Positions 1-10,905 of a DNA stretch of 64,000 bases are shown piece after piece. The stretch is taken from NCBI GenBank assembly GCA_944392545.1, contig CALXWW010000004.1:28487-92486 (forward strand). The letters run 5' to 3'. A program made the translations under genes and the position numbers. This stretch comes from an uncultured Clostridia bacterium. Lineage in GTDB: Bacteria > Bacillota > Clostridia > TANB77 > CAG-508. The notes under the pieces are model-generated. The model was not told the origin of the DNA and did not search any database. It saw only the letters and a list, made by a program, of their open reading frames with translations. Numbering within the stretch: the first letter of the stretch is position 1; every line of letters starts with the position of its first letter.

Positions 1-701
1 ATTTCATTTTCACAATTTATTTCAATTTGTTTTTCAGCTGGAGAATTATTTTTATATAAAATAATTTTAGAGAATTTATATTCTAATTTTCTTATTCTAG
101 GTAGTCCATCAGAAATCAAAAATAATAATTCTCTTTTTTGCCTTATGTCTTCCTGTTTTACTTTATTCCACCCACTAGAAATATATATTGAGTAATTCTC
201 ACCAGTAGAAGCATTATATATTGTTTCGTCATCAGCAATAATTTCTAAGTCAGGTATAGAAATTCTATAATCATTAGCAATTTCTTCATTTGATTGCAAA
301 TTAAATACAGTATATAAATTAATATCATCCAACATTAAGTAGTCTATTTTTACACTATACTTCTCATTTATTTTATAATAATCCATATTACAATTCTGTA
401 TATAATCTTTCTCTTCAATAGCATTCACTATACTAGTATTATCAATTCCTATATTATTTAATCCAAATAATTCCTTAAAAAAGTTTGTTATCTCTTTAGA
501 AAAAACTGTACCTGTTGTTATAATTGATATTGTTAATATAAATATAGCTACTTTAAATAAATTATATTTAATTTTTTTCCTTTTATGGGGTGCACTATTA
601 ATTATTTTAACTGTTTCTGCTGGAATCTCTTTGTTCTCTTCAAAATATTTATACAATAATTTATCTATATCGTCTGCATGGTCATTTTTATATTGTTTCA
701 C
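1..701 (-). CDS. Putative anti-sigma factor. Single-pass membrane protein co-transcribed with the ECF sigma factor; its 3' end runs off the window.
   Basis: GTG start at 701 preceded by GGGAGGTG RBS. Overlaps the upstream sigma gene by 14 nt. Translation VKQYKNDHADDIDKLLYKYFEEN... has a short cytoplasmic N-terminus, one TM helix (LFKVAIFILTISIITTGTVF) and an extracytoplasmic domain. This is the typical sigma/anti-sigma arrangement. Confidence 0.45.
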   Translation of the reverse strand, partial: MKQYKNDHADDIDKLLYKYFEENKEIPAETVKIINSAPHKRKKIKYNLFKVAIFILTISIITTGTVFSKEITNFFKELFGLNNIGIDNTSIVNAIEEKDYIQNCNMDYYKINEKYSVKIDYLMLDDINLYTVFNLQSNEEIANDYRISIPDLEIIADDETIYNASTGENYSIYISSGWNKVKQEDIRQKRELLFLISDGLPRIRKLEYKFSKIILYKNNSPAEKQIEINCENE

Positions 702-1233
702 TTTTTGCACCTCCCTTATACATTGTTTTTATTTTCTGTTTTGCTCTCGTTATCCTGCTTTTAATTGTATTTGAGCTAACACCTAATATGTTTGCAATTT
801 CTATTAATGAATAATCGCAACCATAAAATAATACAATAGCAATTTTCTCCTCATAGCTTAACTCTCTTAAAATATTTTCTAAATCCATTTTTCTTTCTGC
901 TTCTAGTATAATATCTGTACAAGCTTCCAAGTTAAATTCTTTATTTTTAGTCAATTTTTGAAATATGTTCATCTTCTTTTTCTTTTGCTGATATATTTTA
1001 TTGCACTCATTAATTAGTATTTTTATAATCCATGTTTTAAAGTATTTAATTTCTTCTAATTTCTTTAAATTTTTATAGCTCAAAATCATTGTCTCTTGTA
1101 TGGCATCATTAATATCTTCTATATTATCTAACCTCGCTCGTGCTATTCTAAATAAATCCACTTGTATAAGCTGAATTATTTTTGTAAATGCTTCATCATC
1201 ACCATCAAGGTATTGTCTAATTAATTCTTCCAC
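688..1233 (-). CDS. ECF-type sigma-70 family RNA polymerase sigma factor
   Basis: 181 aa. Sigma region 2 (DLFRIARARLDNIEDINDAIQETMI) and region 4 HTH (YSLIEIANILGVSSNTIKSRITRAKQKI). Confidence 0.85.
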   Translation of the reverse strand: MEELIRQYLDGDDEAFTKIIQLIQVDLFRIARARLDNIEDINDAIQETMILSYKNLKKLEEIKYFKTWIIKILINECNKIYQQKKKKMNIFQKLTKNKEFNLEACTDIILEAERKMDLENILRELSYEEKIAIVLFYGCDYSLIEIANILGVSSNTIKSRITRAKQKIKTMYKGGAKSETI

Positions 1234-1426
1234 GATTTTCTCTCCCTTTTATTAACTTATATATTTATTATTTTTAAATTGTAAATTTATGTATTAACTT
1301 TATACTATATTCTAGCATATTCCATATAAAATTGCATTATGTTTTGATTTTTTAATTGTGAAAATTATTAATATAAAGAACCGTAGATAAAAGGAAGTAA
1401 TCCCTTTTAGCCACGGTTTACTTTTT

Positions 1427-1861
1427 CTATTTCATTAACATTTGTCTAATCATCCATACTTTTTTCTTAAAATCTTGTAAATATTCATCCATTAAAGCTG
1501 ACGTATCGTACTTTTTATCATTGTCAGCATCTTCTTTTACTTTTGTAGCATTTTCTATTAAAATATTGTAATCTTTTAAAATTTCTTCAAATATTTTCTT
1601 TGAACAAATCTTTTCATTATTTGCTTCTTGTATTTGAGCTGTATTTAGATAATCTTTCATTGTTCCTAGAGGTTGTCCATCTATTATTAATATATGTTCT
1701 GCAATTTCATCTATTTGCTCATTTATGTTGTCATATAGTTCTTCTAATTTTGCATGTACTGTAAAAAAATCTTCTCCTTTTATATTCCAATGATAGTTTT
1801 GTAATTTTCTATAAAATACATTTAAATTAGATAAAAATAAATTTAAGTCTTCTGTAATCAT
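1427..1861 (-). CDS. dps: Dps family DNA-protection/ferritin-like protein
   Basis: Dps signature HWNIKG..FF.VH.KLEELYD. Start moved to the internal ATG at 1861, which has a GGAGAG RBS. This gives about 144 aa, the typical Dps length. Confidence 0.75.
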   Translation of the reverse strand: MITEDLNLFLSNLNVFYRKLQNYHWNIKGEDFFTVHAKLEELYDNINEQIDEIAEHILIIDGQPLGTMKDYLNTAQIQEANNEKICSKKIFEEILKDYNILIENATKVKEDADNDKKYDTSALMDEYLQDFKKKVWMIRQMLMK

Positions 1862-1925
1862 ATATTCTCTCCTTCTTTCTATTAATATATGTACATTATG
1901 ACCTAAATTTATTTTTTTATACAAT

Positions 1926-2639
1926 CTATTTAATTATCTTCATTGCTTCTTCTGCAGTTTTGTCTTTATCAAATTTATTTACTATAAATATAAATAGTCC
2001 TACTAAAATAAAAGTAACTGCATAAATTGCTATACCATGTGTCCAATTACCTGCTACTATACTTCCTCCTGCAAATGTAGATGATACTACTGATGGAAGT
2101 CTTGCAAATGTAGATATTAGTATAAATCTTAATGGCTTTAGTGGAAGAAGTCCTGCTATATATACTAATAAATCTTTTGGTGTACCTGGTATTACAAATA
2201 GCAGAAGCATTATCCATTCTAATTTCTTTGTATCTTTAAATAATTTACTATTTTGAATCTTATCTATTTTTTCTTTACTACAAAAGCTATATACAAATTT
2301 TCTTCCAAATTTTCTAACTGCAAAAAATATTAGTGAAGATATTATACATGCTGAAAAAGTTATAAATATAGTTCCTCCTACTCCTCCATAGCACATTCCT
2401 GCTAGAATTTCCATTGGTTCTCCTGGAAGTATAATTAAAAATATTTGTGCAAATTGCAAACCAAATAAGGCTAAAAATCCTAAAATTCCCATTTTCTCTA
2501 CTTGATTTTTAAATTCTAATTGTCCCTCTTTAGTACTTAAATTTTTCATTACAGGAACTAAATATACTACTAATCCTACAAGTAATATAATTACTAATAC
2601 AATTAAAATATATTTAAAAGCTTTTACCCTTTTACTCAT
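1926..2639 (-). CDS. TVP38/TMEM64 (DedA/SNARE-associated) family membrane protein
   Basis: 237 aa polytopic membrane protein with a glycine-rich MCYGGVGGTIFITF motif, typical of the DedA/TVP38 family. Confidence 0.55.
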   Translation of the reverse strand: MSKRVKAFKYILIVLVIILLVGLVVYLVPVMKNLSTKEGQLEFKNQVEKMGILGFLALFGLQFAQIFLIILPGEPMEILAGMCYGGVGGTIFITFSACIISSLIFFAVRKFGRKFVYSFCSKEKIDKIQNSKLFKDTKKLEWIMLLLFVIPGTPKDLLVYIAGLLPLKPLRFILISTFARLPSVVSSTFAGGSIVAGNWTHGIAIYAVTFILVGLFIFIVNKFDKDKTAEEAMKIIK

Positions 2640-2786
2640 GTTACATATTCTTCTTTCTTTTCTAAAACTACTATTAGTATAACACTTTATTTTTTTAATT
2701 ACTATTTATTTTTTCTTAAGTTTTGTTTAATTATATATTAATCTATCATAATTTAGTTTTTTAAGCATATAATTTCCTAGTTTTTA

Positions 2787-4187
2787 TTAGTTTTCTTTTT
2801 CTCTATCTATTTCTAAAATTTCGCTATATGTTACTTCTCTCACAAATTCCCAGCTTTCGCCTAAATCATCTGACTCAAATTCATAATATGTATATAAGCT
2901 ATCTGCTACTGATTGTACCGTGTATGCGATTATCTTTAGTTTTCCATCTTCCATTGTTGGTAAATCTCTAAAGAATATATTACTAGCAGTTATTTCTTCT
3001 GGTTTATCTATATTAAGCTCATTCCAGTTTTGTCCACCATCTAATGTGACTTTTACTGTATCAAAGCTATCCACACCACCATATGGATCATGTATAAATC
3101 CTATGTCTTTAGTTAGAAACATAAATTCAGAACCTATATATGCTTCATCTAAATTACTCTCTACTTTTTTCCAATTCTGCCCGTTATCAGAAGTTGTATA
3201 TATTTCTACTGTATATCTATCTCTCCATAAATTATCCAATTCCACTTTAAATCCGATATTTTCACTTATAAAATACGTTTTAGTATCACTTGTTTTTGGT
3301 ATATCACTTTCCACTGTGTTTTCTGGTATTTCTGTATTTTCTTCTTTTTCTTCTATATATTCCTCATATACCTTATGTTTTCTATAATCGTTAACTGCAA
3401 ATATGATTATGATAATTCCTAATATACAAATTCCTAATGTTAATATAATTTTAATAGTATACTTTTTATTTAACTCATTACTACTAAATGATTTATACTG
3501 CTCTATTGAATTTATGCATAGTAATATTATTAATACTATTGCTACGGTTCCAAAAAGTTTGTATGAAATTCTAGTAAATTCTGATATGTCTGTACTTTTC
3601 TCTCTTAAATAGCTATATTCTATATCATCAACATTACCATAATCCACTTTACCTATTCCGTTTTCTTCATAATATATATCTTCATCAAAACTCAAAAGAT
3701 ATGCTTTTAAAATTATTTTCTTTACATATATATCTTCATTTCCTAATCTACTAATTAAATTGCTTTTAATCGTGCTATCTTCAACTTCACTTATTTTAGA
3801 GTTTACTTTTATTTCATAAGTATCCGTTAAACCATTCTCAATAAATGTATAATAAGATAAAGATATTGATATTACAAGGAAAATGAAGATTAGTGTCACT
3901 GTTAAAATTTTACTTAACTTTTTTCCTTTGTATTGCAAAGCTCTTATTAAATACATAACTCCTAAAATTACGAATAAAACTCCAAGTGCTGGTAAAACAT
4001 ACACTATCCCTATTATAAGTGTTATTCCAGATAGTATTGTCAAATCTGTTTCTATTGCTATTTTTGTTGTACAAAATATTAGTAAGAATACTAATATTCC
4101 TAAAGTAATGCATGATAGTAATAAAAGTATTTTAAATATTTTTACATCTATTTTCAATTTACTTTTATTTTTTTCATTCATTACCAT
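2787..4187 (-). CDS. Membrane-anchored BNR/Asp-box repeat protein
   Basis: 466 aa. N-terminal TM helices. The C-terminal soluble part has three S-x-D-x-G-x-x-W motifs (SDNGQNW, LDGGQNW, SDDLGESW). Confidence 0.5.
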   Translation of the reverse strand: MVMNEKNKSKLKIDVKIFKILLLLSCITLGILVFLLIFCTTKIAIETDLTILSGITLIIGIVYVLPALGVLFVILGVMYLIRALQYKGKKLSKILTVTLIFIFLVISISLSYYTFIENGLTDTYEIKVNSKISEVEDSTIKSNLISRLGNEDIYVKKIILKAYLLSFDEDIYYEENGIGKVDYGNVDDIEYSYLREKSTDISEFTRISYKLFGTVAIVLIILLCINSIEQYKSFSSNELNKKYTIKIILTLGICILGIIIIIFAVNDYRKHKVYEEYIEEKEENTEIPENTVESDIPKTSDTKTYFISENIGFKVELDNLWRDRYTVEIYTTSDNGQNWKKVESNLDEAYIGSEFMFLTKDIGFIHDPYGGVDSFDTVKVTLDGGQNWNELNIDKPEEITASNIFFRDLPTMEDGKLKIIAYTVQSVADSLYTYYEFESDDLGESWEFVREVTYSEILEIDREKEN

Positions 4188-4439
4188 CCCCCCTCTTTTA
4201 TTTTAAACTCAAATTTTAAATTTCTTTGCTACTAGCTTATATTCTATAAATAGTAAACTTTCTTTTACAATTTTCTAAAAGTATATCATATATACTAATT
4301 CTAGTCAAAATTCAAAAAATAATAGAGAAATAATATTTTTGTTTATATCGTTTCTCTATTATTTAATACCTAATGTTTTATCAATAAATTATTATTTAAA
4401 ATAATTAGAAGAAAGCATAAAGTACTTTCTTCTAAACTT

Positions 4440-6062
4440 TTATATATCTCTAAATTTTCTATATTTTACATAAAAGATTATGCTAGCAACTGATATAATT
4501 AATATTATAAATAAGCTTGTTATTATTGCACCTGTTTGTGGTATTTCACCTTTTGCTGTCGTATCATCTGTTTGTGTCGTATTTTTGTCTGTATTTGACG
4601 TTCCGTCATCTTTTCCTTGTTCATCTTTTTCATCTGTATCTTCGTCTGTATCTGGTCTCTTTAAATATTCATATTTAATATTATTTGCTATTGCATATTC
4701 TGCAATTTTTGAATCTTCATAGCAATATATTTTTAAATTATCATTATGATTTTGGAACACCGTATCCTCTGTAGGATATATATTAAATCCACCAATTTTA
4801 GTACAATTGCCCAAAATAGTTATTTTTATCAAGTCTGAACAATTATTAAAAGCATAATATTCTATTTCTTTCAATGTATCTGGAAAAGTTATTTCAACAA
4901 TTCCTGTATTTTCAAACGCACGCATTCCTATCTTTTCAACTGTATTTGGTATTGTTACTGTTGTTATCCCTTTGCAATCTTTTAATATTCCTGATGCTAT
5001 TGTCGTTGTTCCTTCTTCAAAAATAACTGAGGTTAAGTTTGTAGTACCTGTGAATACTCCTTCATTAACTTCTCCCGGTCCATCTACTAATGTCTTTGGT
5101 ATTGTTATTTCTGTTAATTCTGGACAATCTTTAAACACATTAAAACCTATTTTTTTAATTTGTCCTAAATTAACATTTGCTAGGTTAGAGCAATTTTCAA
5201 ATGCACTATATCCTATCTCTTTCACAGAACTTGGTATCGTTATTTCCGTTATACCTGTATTAGCACATAAATTTTCAGGAATTATTGTCAACCCTTCTTC
5301 TAATGTTATTTTCGTTATATTTGGATTATCTAAACATGGTTCAAGTGCACCAGTTTTTAACGTTTTTGGTATTGTTATCTCTGTTAAACTTGTACACCCT
5401 TTGAAAACTTTGAATGATATCGTTGTTATATTTCCTAAATCTACTTTATTTAAGTTTGTACAATTTTCAAATGCACTATATCCTATTTCTTTCACAGAAC
5501 TTGGTATCGTTATTTCTGTTATACCTGTATTAGCACATAAATTTTCAGGAATTATTGTTAATCCTTCTTCTAATGTTATTTTGGTTATATTTGGATTATC
5601 TAAACATGGTTCAAGCGCACTATTCTTTAACGTTTTTGGTATTGTTATTTCTGTTAAACTTGTACACCCTTTGAAAACTTTGAATGATATCGTTGTTATA
5701 TTTCCTAAATCTACTTTATTTAAGTTTGTACAGTTTTCAAATGCTTTATATCCTATTTCTTTCACAGAACTTGGTATTGTTATTCCTGTTATGCCTGTAG
5801 CAGATTTAAATGCTTCGTCTCCTATCGAGATTACTGTCTTACCATCTAATGTTGATGGTATTGCAACGTTTCCAGTTATATCTTCTGGATTTGTACATTT
5901 TAAATTTTCTATTTGATTAGACTCATTCAAATCATACTGCCAGTTTACTGTCACTCCATTTATAACAGATGTTGTAGTATATGTATCTTTTGCAAATACA
6001 TTTATACTTAATCCTACTAATAATAGAATTGTAATTAAAATAATAGATATTTTTTTCAACAT
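4440..6062 (-). CDS. Cell-surface leucine-rich-repeat (BspA-type LRR) protein with IPQTG sortase-type sorting signal
   Basis: Start at the second ATG (AGAGGAGA RBS). Signal peptide MLKKISIILITILLLV. Repeated LRR units (ITIPSSVKEIGY.AFENCTNL...). C-terminal IPQTG, then a hydrophobic stretch and a KYRKFRDI tail. Confidence 0.75.
   Translation of the reverse strand: MLKKISIILITILLLVGLSINVFAKDTYTTTSVINGVTVNWQYDLNESNQIENLKCTNPEDITGNVAIPSTLDGKTVISIGDEAFKSATGITGITIPSSVKEIGYKAFENCTNLNKVDLGNITTISFKVFKGCTSLTEITIPKTLKNSALEPCLDNPNITKITLEEGLTIIPENLCANTGITEITIPSSVKEIGYSAFENCTNLNKVDLGNITTISFKVFKGCTSLTEITIPKTLKTGALEPCLDNPNITKITLEEGLTIIPENLCANTGITEITIPSSVKEIGYSAFENCSNLANVNLGQIKKIGFNVFKDCPELTEITIPKTLVDGPGEVNEGVFTGTTNLTSVIFEEGTTTIASGILKDCKGITTVTIPNTVEKIGMRAFENTGIVEITFPDTLKEIEYYAFNNCSDLIKITILGNCTKIGGFNIYPTEDTVFQNHNDNLKIYCYEDSKIAEYAIANNIKYEYLKRPDTDEDTDEKDEQGKDDGTSNTDKNTTQTDDTTAKGEIPQTGAIITSLFIILIISVASIIFYVKYRKFRDI
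5191..5730. repeat. Two near-identical 270-bp (90-aa) tandem copies inside the LRR gene; more diverged copies flank them
   Basis: The unit caattttcaaatgcactatatcctat... recurs at 5191, 5461 and 5731 with a 270-bp period. The first two copies differ by only a few bases. Confidence 0.85.
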
Positions 6063-6092
6063 ATGTGTATCTCCTCTTAAATTCATATAAAT

Positions 6093-6920
6093 TTATTTTT
6101 CTTTTCTTACGTCATATCCTGTTAAATCTGGTTTATATATTTCATTTACTGTATTAGTTTCTAGGCTTAATACTTCTGTTGAATAATTATTTTCAGATTC
6201 TATTTTTACTACAAGTCCAGTATCTTTTTCTATCCATTTTTTATATCCTGTTCCCATTGATAATACATAGCAATCTTTTCCATTATACTCTTCTGAATAA
6301 ATTAAAGTATATAGTGCTATGCCATCTATTCCATTATTTACCTCTGTGAATTCAAATGGTAAATCACTAACTGGTGAAACTATATTTTCTGCCTTATCTA
6401 CTATCGCTGTCTTTTGATTTATAAATGAAACTATTCCTTCATTTTCTTCTAAATCTTTCCATATTATAATTTCTCTATCTTTTTTATCTTCATTTTTAGT
6501 TTCATATCTTGTAACATTATCTTTTTTAGTAATAGTATATAGTGAAGAGTCATCTCCTAATATTCCTCTTACTTGATATGTATAGTTCGTTAAATCCTTA
6601 TATTTACTTGCTTTCTCATGTATATCTTTTAAAATCATATAGTTTCTCATGACAAATATAAAATATGCTATAACAAGTATTCCTATTAAAACTAGTATTG
6701 CCTTTAACAATCCGTGATTAGATTTTTCTTTTTTATTTTTAGTTTCTACTTTTTTAAAAGTAGTATCACTTTTATTTTCTGTTTCTACCTTTGTAGTTTC
6801 TTTTTTAGGTTCCGCCTTATCTGTTTCTTTTTTCGCTTCTTTTTTTACTTCTTTCTCACTCACTTTTTTTGTTTCTTTCTCATTTACATTCATCTTTTTT
6901 TCTTCATTGTTCTCTGCCAT
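6093..6920 (-). CDS. Hypothetical membrane-anchored protein with lysine/glutamate-rich N-terminus
   Basis: 275 aa. K/E-rich 80-aa N-terminus, one TM helix (LLKAILVLIGILVIAYFIFV), extracytoplasmic domain of unknown function. Confidence 0.4.
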   Translation of the reverse strand: MAENNEEKKMNVNEKETKKVSEKEVKKEAKKETDKAEPKKETTKVETENKSDTTFKKVETKNKKEKSNHGLLKAILVLIGILVIAYFIFVMRNYMILKDIHEKASKYKDLTNYTYQVRGILGDDSSLYTITKKDNVTRYETKNEDKKDREIIIWKDLEENEGIVSFINQKTAIVDKAENIVSPVSDLPFEFTEVNNGIDGIALYTLIYSEEYNGKDCYVLSMGTGYKKWIEKDTGLVVKIESENNYSTEVLSLETNTVNEIYKPDLTGYDVRKEK

Positions 6921-7051
6921 TATATTATCAATCCTTTCTTATTTTAGTAAAAGTAAAAATACTCCTACTTTTTTATTTTATAATGTATTTTCTTTTGGTA
7001 TATATCGAATTATATCATAAAATGTTTTTTTGTAAATAGTTTTAGAACATT

Positions 7052-8272
7052 TTATACTTCTTTTAATTTAACAATTTCTTCTGAATTTAGTTTGCCTGCT
7101 CTAGTTATACTACTATACCCATACTTGTCTTTTAATTCATCCACTACTTTATCTAATTTTTCTTGTCTTTTATCTTCTTCGTTTATAAAAAGCGATAATT
7201 GCATTTCATCTTTTTCTATTAGGTTGTCAACTCTTAATCCTATTAAACGTATAAATGTTCCCTTCTTATACATTTCATTTAATAATTCCTTAGCTAAAAC
7301 ATATATATTTTTTGTGTTTGATGTAGGGCTTATAAGCTTTTTTTGATGAGAAAAATCTTTAAAATCTTTGGTTCTTAGCTGTACATTTACCACGTTTGCA
7401 TACATATCATATCTGCGCAACCTATATGATACCTGTTCTGTAAGCGTTAGCAATACTTTTTCTATCTCTTCTTTTGAACAAATATCTCGTGGAAGGGTTA
7501 CAGAATTTCCTATTCCTTTTGGCTTTTCTCTTAAGTAATTGACCTGCGAATTATCTATTCCATTAGCATATTCCCACATTAGAAGTCCATGCTTTCCAAA
7601 TTTTTTAATCATCTCTGTTTTTTCTTGTTTTGCTAAATCTCCTATTGTTTTTATCCTCATATTATATAACTTTGGAAGTGTTTTTCTGCCTAACATGAAT
7701 AGTTCTGATACATTAAGAGTCCACATTTTACTAGGAATTTCTTCTTCAAATAAAGTGTGTACTCTATCTGGCTTTGTAAAATCTGATGCCATTTTAGCGA
7801 GTAATTTGTTATGTGCTACTCCTACATTTACAGTAAAACCAAGTTCTTTTTTTATTCTTCTATTTATTTCATATGCTTTATTTATTAAAGTATCATTTCC
7901 TAAATAATCCGTCATATCTAAAAAGCACTCATCAATACTAAATCTTTCTATTTTTTCTGTGTATTCTAATAGAATTTTATATAAATCATTTGAATGTTTT
8001 TTATAACTTTTATAATCTCCTTTAAATACCTGTAAATTTGGACATTTCAAGCGTGCCTGGTATAAAGTTTCTCCTGTATATACACCTTTTATTTTTGCTT
8101 TCATACTTTTAGCTAAAACTATACCAGCCCTTTTACTTTCATCCCCGCCTATTACCGCTTCAATTTCTCTTATATCAATTTTCTCTCCTTGGCTTAATCT
8201 ATCTAATGCAGTCCAACTTAAGAATGCATTATTAACATCTACATGTAAAATCTGTCTTTGTTTCGTTTCCAT
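7052..8272 (-). CDS. dinB: DNA polymerase IV (Y-family translesion polymerase)
   Basis: N-terminal ILHVDVNNAFLS motif (Y-family catalytic D). Overall DinB/UmuC palm-finger-thumb-little-finger layout. 406 aa. Confidence 0.85.
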   Translation of the reverse strand: METKQRQILHVDVNNAFLSWTALDRLSQGEKIDIREIEAVIGGDESKRAGIVLAKSMKAKIKGVYTGETLYQARLKCPNLQVFKGDYKSYKKHSNDLYKILLEYTEKIERFSIDECFLDMTDYLGNDTLINKAYEINRRIKKELGFTVNVGVAHNKLLAKMASDFTKPDRVHTLFEEEIPSKMWTLNVSELFMLGRKTLPKLYNMRIKTIGDLAKQEKTEMIKKFGKHGLLMWEYANGIDNSQVNYLREKPKGIGNSVTLPRDICSKEEIEKVLLTLTEQVSYRLRRYDMYANVVNVQLRTKDFKDFSHQKKLISPTSNTKNIYVLAKELLNEMYKKGTFIRLIGLRVDNLIEKDEMQLSLFINEEDKRQEKLDKVVDELKDKYGYSSITRAGKLNSEEIVKLKEV

Positions 8273-8408
8273 ATTAAATCACTTCCTACTTATGTATATT
8301 ATAGAACATTAGTTTGTAGTAGTCAAGTAAATAAGTTGTATATTTTTATATTACAATCTTTAATAAAAATACATACATATTTACCTCTTAATATGTATGT
8401 ATTTTAGT

Positions 8409-9005
8409 TTAAAATTTATTTGCTTCATATTTTTTCATTATATCTTGTATAATCTTTTCTATATTTACTAAATTATTATTGTTTTCTATTATATCATCGC
8501 AGTTTTTTATATAGAATTCATTTGTTTTTTGTGCAGCTAATCTCTTTTCTGCTTGTTCATAATCTATATTATCTCTTGCAACAATTCTTTCTATCTGTAA
8601 CTCTTTTCTAGAAATAACTCCTATAACTTTGTCGCAAATTTTGTTTAATTCACTTTCAAATAGTAGAGGTGCATCAATAACTGCAATTGTATCCTCGTTT
8701 ATTTTTTTTATTTCTTTTTCAATTTCCTTTTTTATATATTTAAAAGTACAACTATTTAATTCTTCTCTTTTTTTAGGATCAGAATAAATAATTTCAGCTA
8801 GTTTCTTTCTTTTTAATTCCCCTTCTTCATTAACTATATCTTTACCAAATTTCTTTATTATATCTATAATATAGCTAGTTCCTTTTTTAGATAATTTTTT
8901 TGCAATTTTATCTGCATTGATAATCTTTACTTTATAGTTTTTCTTTAGGGTTTCGCATATCGTACTTTTCCCTGCACCAGAGCTTCCCGTTATTCCTATA
9001 ATCAT
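8409..9005 (-). CDS. coaE: Dephospho-CoA kinase
   Basis: MIIGITGSSGAGKSTI P-loop at the N-terminus. 198 aa. Confidence 0.9.
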   Translation of the reverse strand: MIIGITGSSGAGKSTICETLKKNYKVKIINADKIAKKLSKKGTSYIIDIIKKFGKDIVNEEGELKRKKLAEIIYSDPKKREELNSCTFKYIKKEIEKEIKKINEDTIAVIDAPLLFESELNKICDKVIGVISRKELQIERIVARDNIDYEQAEKRLAAQKTNEFYIKNCDDIIENNNNLVNIEKIIQDIMKKYEANKF

Positions 9006-9029
9006 ATTTTCCTCACTTCATTTTGTAAA

Positions 9030-10262
9030 TTATAAAATTTCAATCTTATTTGTGTAATCTAAATTAGAATATGAATCTGAATAATATCCTAAAGTGTATA
9101 TATTAGTTGCCAAAATATCAGTTTCAAACATTTCCTTTAAATTTTTATTTGATACTGTATCAATGTATTTTTTTACAGACGTTACCACATTTAATTTTGG
9201 ATTTAATCTCATCATCTCTGATATTAATTCCTTTCCTTTGTTGTTGAATCCTAAAACTCTTACATATGGAGTTACTTTTCTTGACATCTCCATTTGTTTT
9301 TTTGTTATACCAAGCAAACTATATAAAAGAATTCTTTGTATTCTAGTTTGTGTAAATCTCTTTGTCTTAACTATGTTTATAAGTTCTTCTATAGTATTGC
9401 AAGAATCTGCAGCATTTTTAATTGAATTTTCAAGGCCTTCAGACACGTCTGGAAGTTTTGAAATATCCTCTAGGGACATTTTTCTTAAATTATATATGAT
9501 TTCTTTTTCAAATCTAGAAATATCTATAACATAATGCCCCTTCTTTAGTTCTTCTCCCAAAAGTAAATATGAATTTCTAGGCATTACTTTACTTATATCT
9601 CCTAATTGCTTTGTTATAAGCATTTTTCTTATTGCAGTTGCACTAGCAAACTCATCTACAATATATTTATCATTATAAAGAACTTTTTCCCTTTTAATTC
9701 CTATTGGATTTATCATGCTTTTAGTTCTTTTTAGAGCTTTCAAATATTCAATGGCTAAAATATTATTTGAACCGGCCATCACATTTGCATATCTTTTTAT
9801 ATCATTTAAGTACATCATTAGAGCATTTTCTCTAGCTTTTGGAAAAGAATTACCTTTTTTTAATTCATGAGAAAGAATCGTAACATACTCCTTTGGTTCA
9901 TTAAATAACACATTTGCAATGTTATTTAATGTAGCAATGTCTTTTGCTTCCATGCCAAACGATAAAGTATCTACAATTCCTAAAGAATTCAATATTTTAA
10001 TAGCACCTTCAGCAAAATTTTCCGCACTCGAGATACTATAAACAGTTGGAAGTTCAATTACCAAATCAGCACCATTTAAGAGGGCCATCCTAGCCTTAGC
10101 CCATTTATTCACTATAGAAGTATCTCCTCTTTGGACAAAGTTTCCAGATATTATAGCAACTACGTATTGAGCACCAGTTTCTTGTTTAGATTTAGCAATA
10201 TGATACAAATGTCCATTATGAAATGGATTATACTCTGCAATTATTCCAAGAACCCTGCTCAT
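9030..10262 (-). CDS. tmcAL: tRNA(Met) cytidine acetate ligase (YlbM/UPF0348 nucleotidyltransferase)
   Basis: GIIAEYNPFHNGHLYH motif, 410 aa. Collinear with B. subtilis YlbM. Confidence 0.8.
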   Translation of the reverse strand: MSRVLGIIAEYNPFHNGHLYHIAKSKQETGAQYVVAIISGNFVQRGDTSIVNKWAKARMALLNGADLVIELPTVYSISSAENFAEGAIKILNSLGIVDTLSFGMEAKDIATLNNIANVLFNEPKEYVTILSHELKKGNSFPKARENALMMYLNDIKRYANVMAGSNNILAIEYLKALKRTKSMINPIGIKREKVLYNDKYIVDEFASATAIRKMLITKQLGDISKVMPRNSYLLLGEELKKGHYVIDISRFEKEIIYNLRKMSLEDISKLPDVSEGLENSIKNAADSCNTIEELINIVKTKRFTQTRIQRILLYSLLGITKKQMEMSRKVTPYVRVLGFNNKGKELISEMMRLNPKLNVVTSVKKYIDTVSNKNLKEMFETDILATNIYTLGYYSDSYSNLDYTNKIEIL

Positions 10263-10413
10263 AAAACTTCCCTCCTAATAATTTTATACTCTATTAATTT
10301 GCTTATACATATACTATTTATCAGTATTTCTATTATTTTTATTGTATTAAAATAAATTTATTGATATAATATCATAAAATAACAAAATTTACAATGATTT
10401 TCCGGAGGTAATT

Positions 10414-10851
10414 ATGGAAGATATTACAATATACACAGATGGTGCTTGTTCTGGAAACCCTGGTCCTGGTGGATGGGGTGCGATTCTCATGTACAAAGAA
10501 AATAAAAAAGAAATATCTGGTGGAAAAAAAGACACTACAAATAATGTAATGGAACTAACAGCAGTAATAGAAGCTTTAAAACTCTTAAAATATCCATGTA
10601 AAGTAAAATTATATAGTGATAGTGCATATGTAGTTAATGCTTTTTTACAAAACTGGGTTATAAACTGGCAAAAAAACAATTGGAAAACAGCTGATAAGAA
10701 AGATGTTAAGAATAAGGAATTATGGCAAGAATTAGTAGAATTTACTAATATTCACAACATAACCTTTATAAAAGTAAAAGGTCATAGTGATAATGAATAT
10801 AATAATAGATGCGATGAATTAGCAAGAAAAGCAATTTTGTCACTTAAATAG
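10414..10851 (+). CDS. rnhA: Ribonuclease HI
   Basis: [44 protein letters not shown] catalytic motifs. 145 aa. Confidence 0.9.
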   Translation: MEDITIYTDGACSGNPGPGGWGAILMYKENKKEISGGKKDTTNNVMELTAVIEALKLLKYPCKVKLYSDSAYVVNAFLQNWVINWQKNNWKTADKKDVKNKELWQELVEFTNIHNITFIKVKGHSDNEYNNRCDELARKAILSLK

Positions 10852-10905
10852 TATAATAATTGCTTCTTTTGAAAAAAGATATGAGAAAACTTCTCATATC
10901 TTTAA

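Noticed and set aside
1380-1420. Imperfect hairpin after dps
   Set aside because: The stem is only 6-7 bp with mismatches and a weak U tract. Too uncertain to list as a terminator.
5191-5730. Possible CRISPR array (regular repeats)
   Set aside because: The repeats are 270-bp coding units with no spacer/repeat alternation and lie inside an ORF. The window also lacks the short 25-45 bp repeat-spacer architecture anywhere.
4972-5916. 314-aa plus-strand ORF with internal repeats
   Set aside because: It is antisense to the LRR surface-protein gene and merely mirrors its 270-bp repeats. No RBS.
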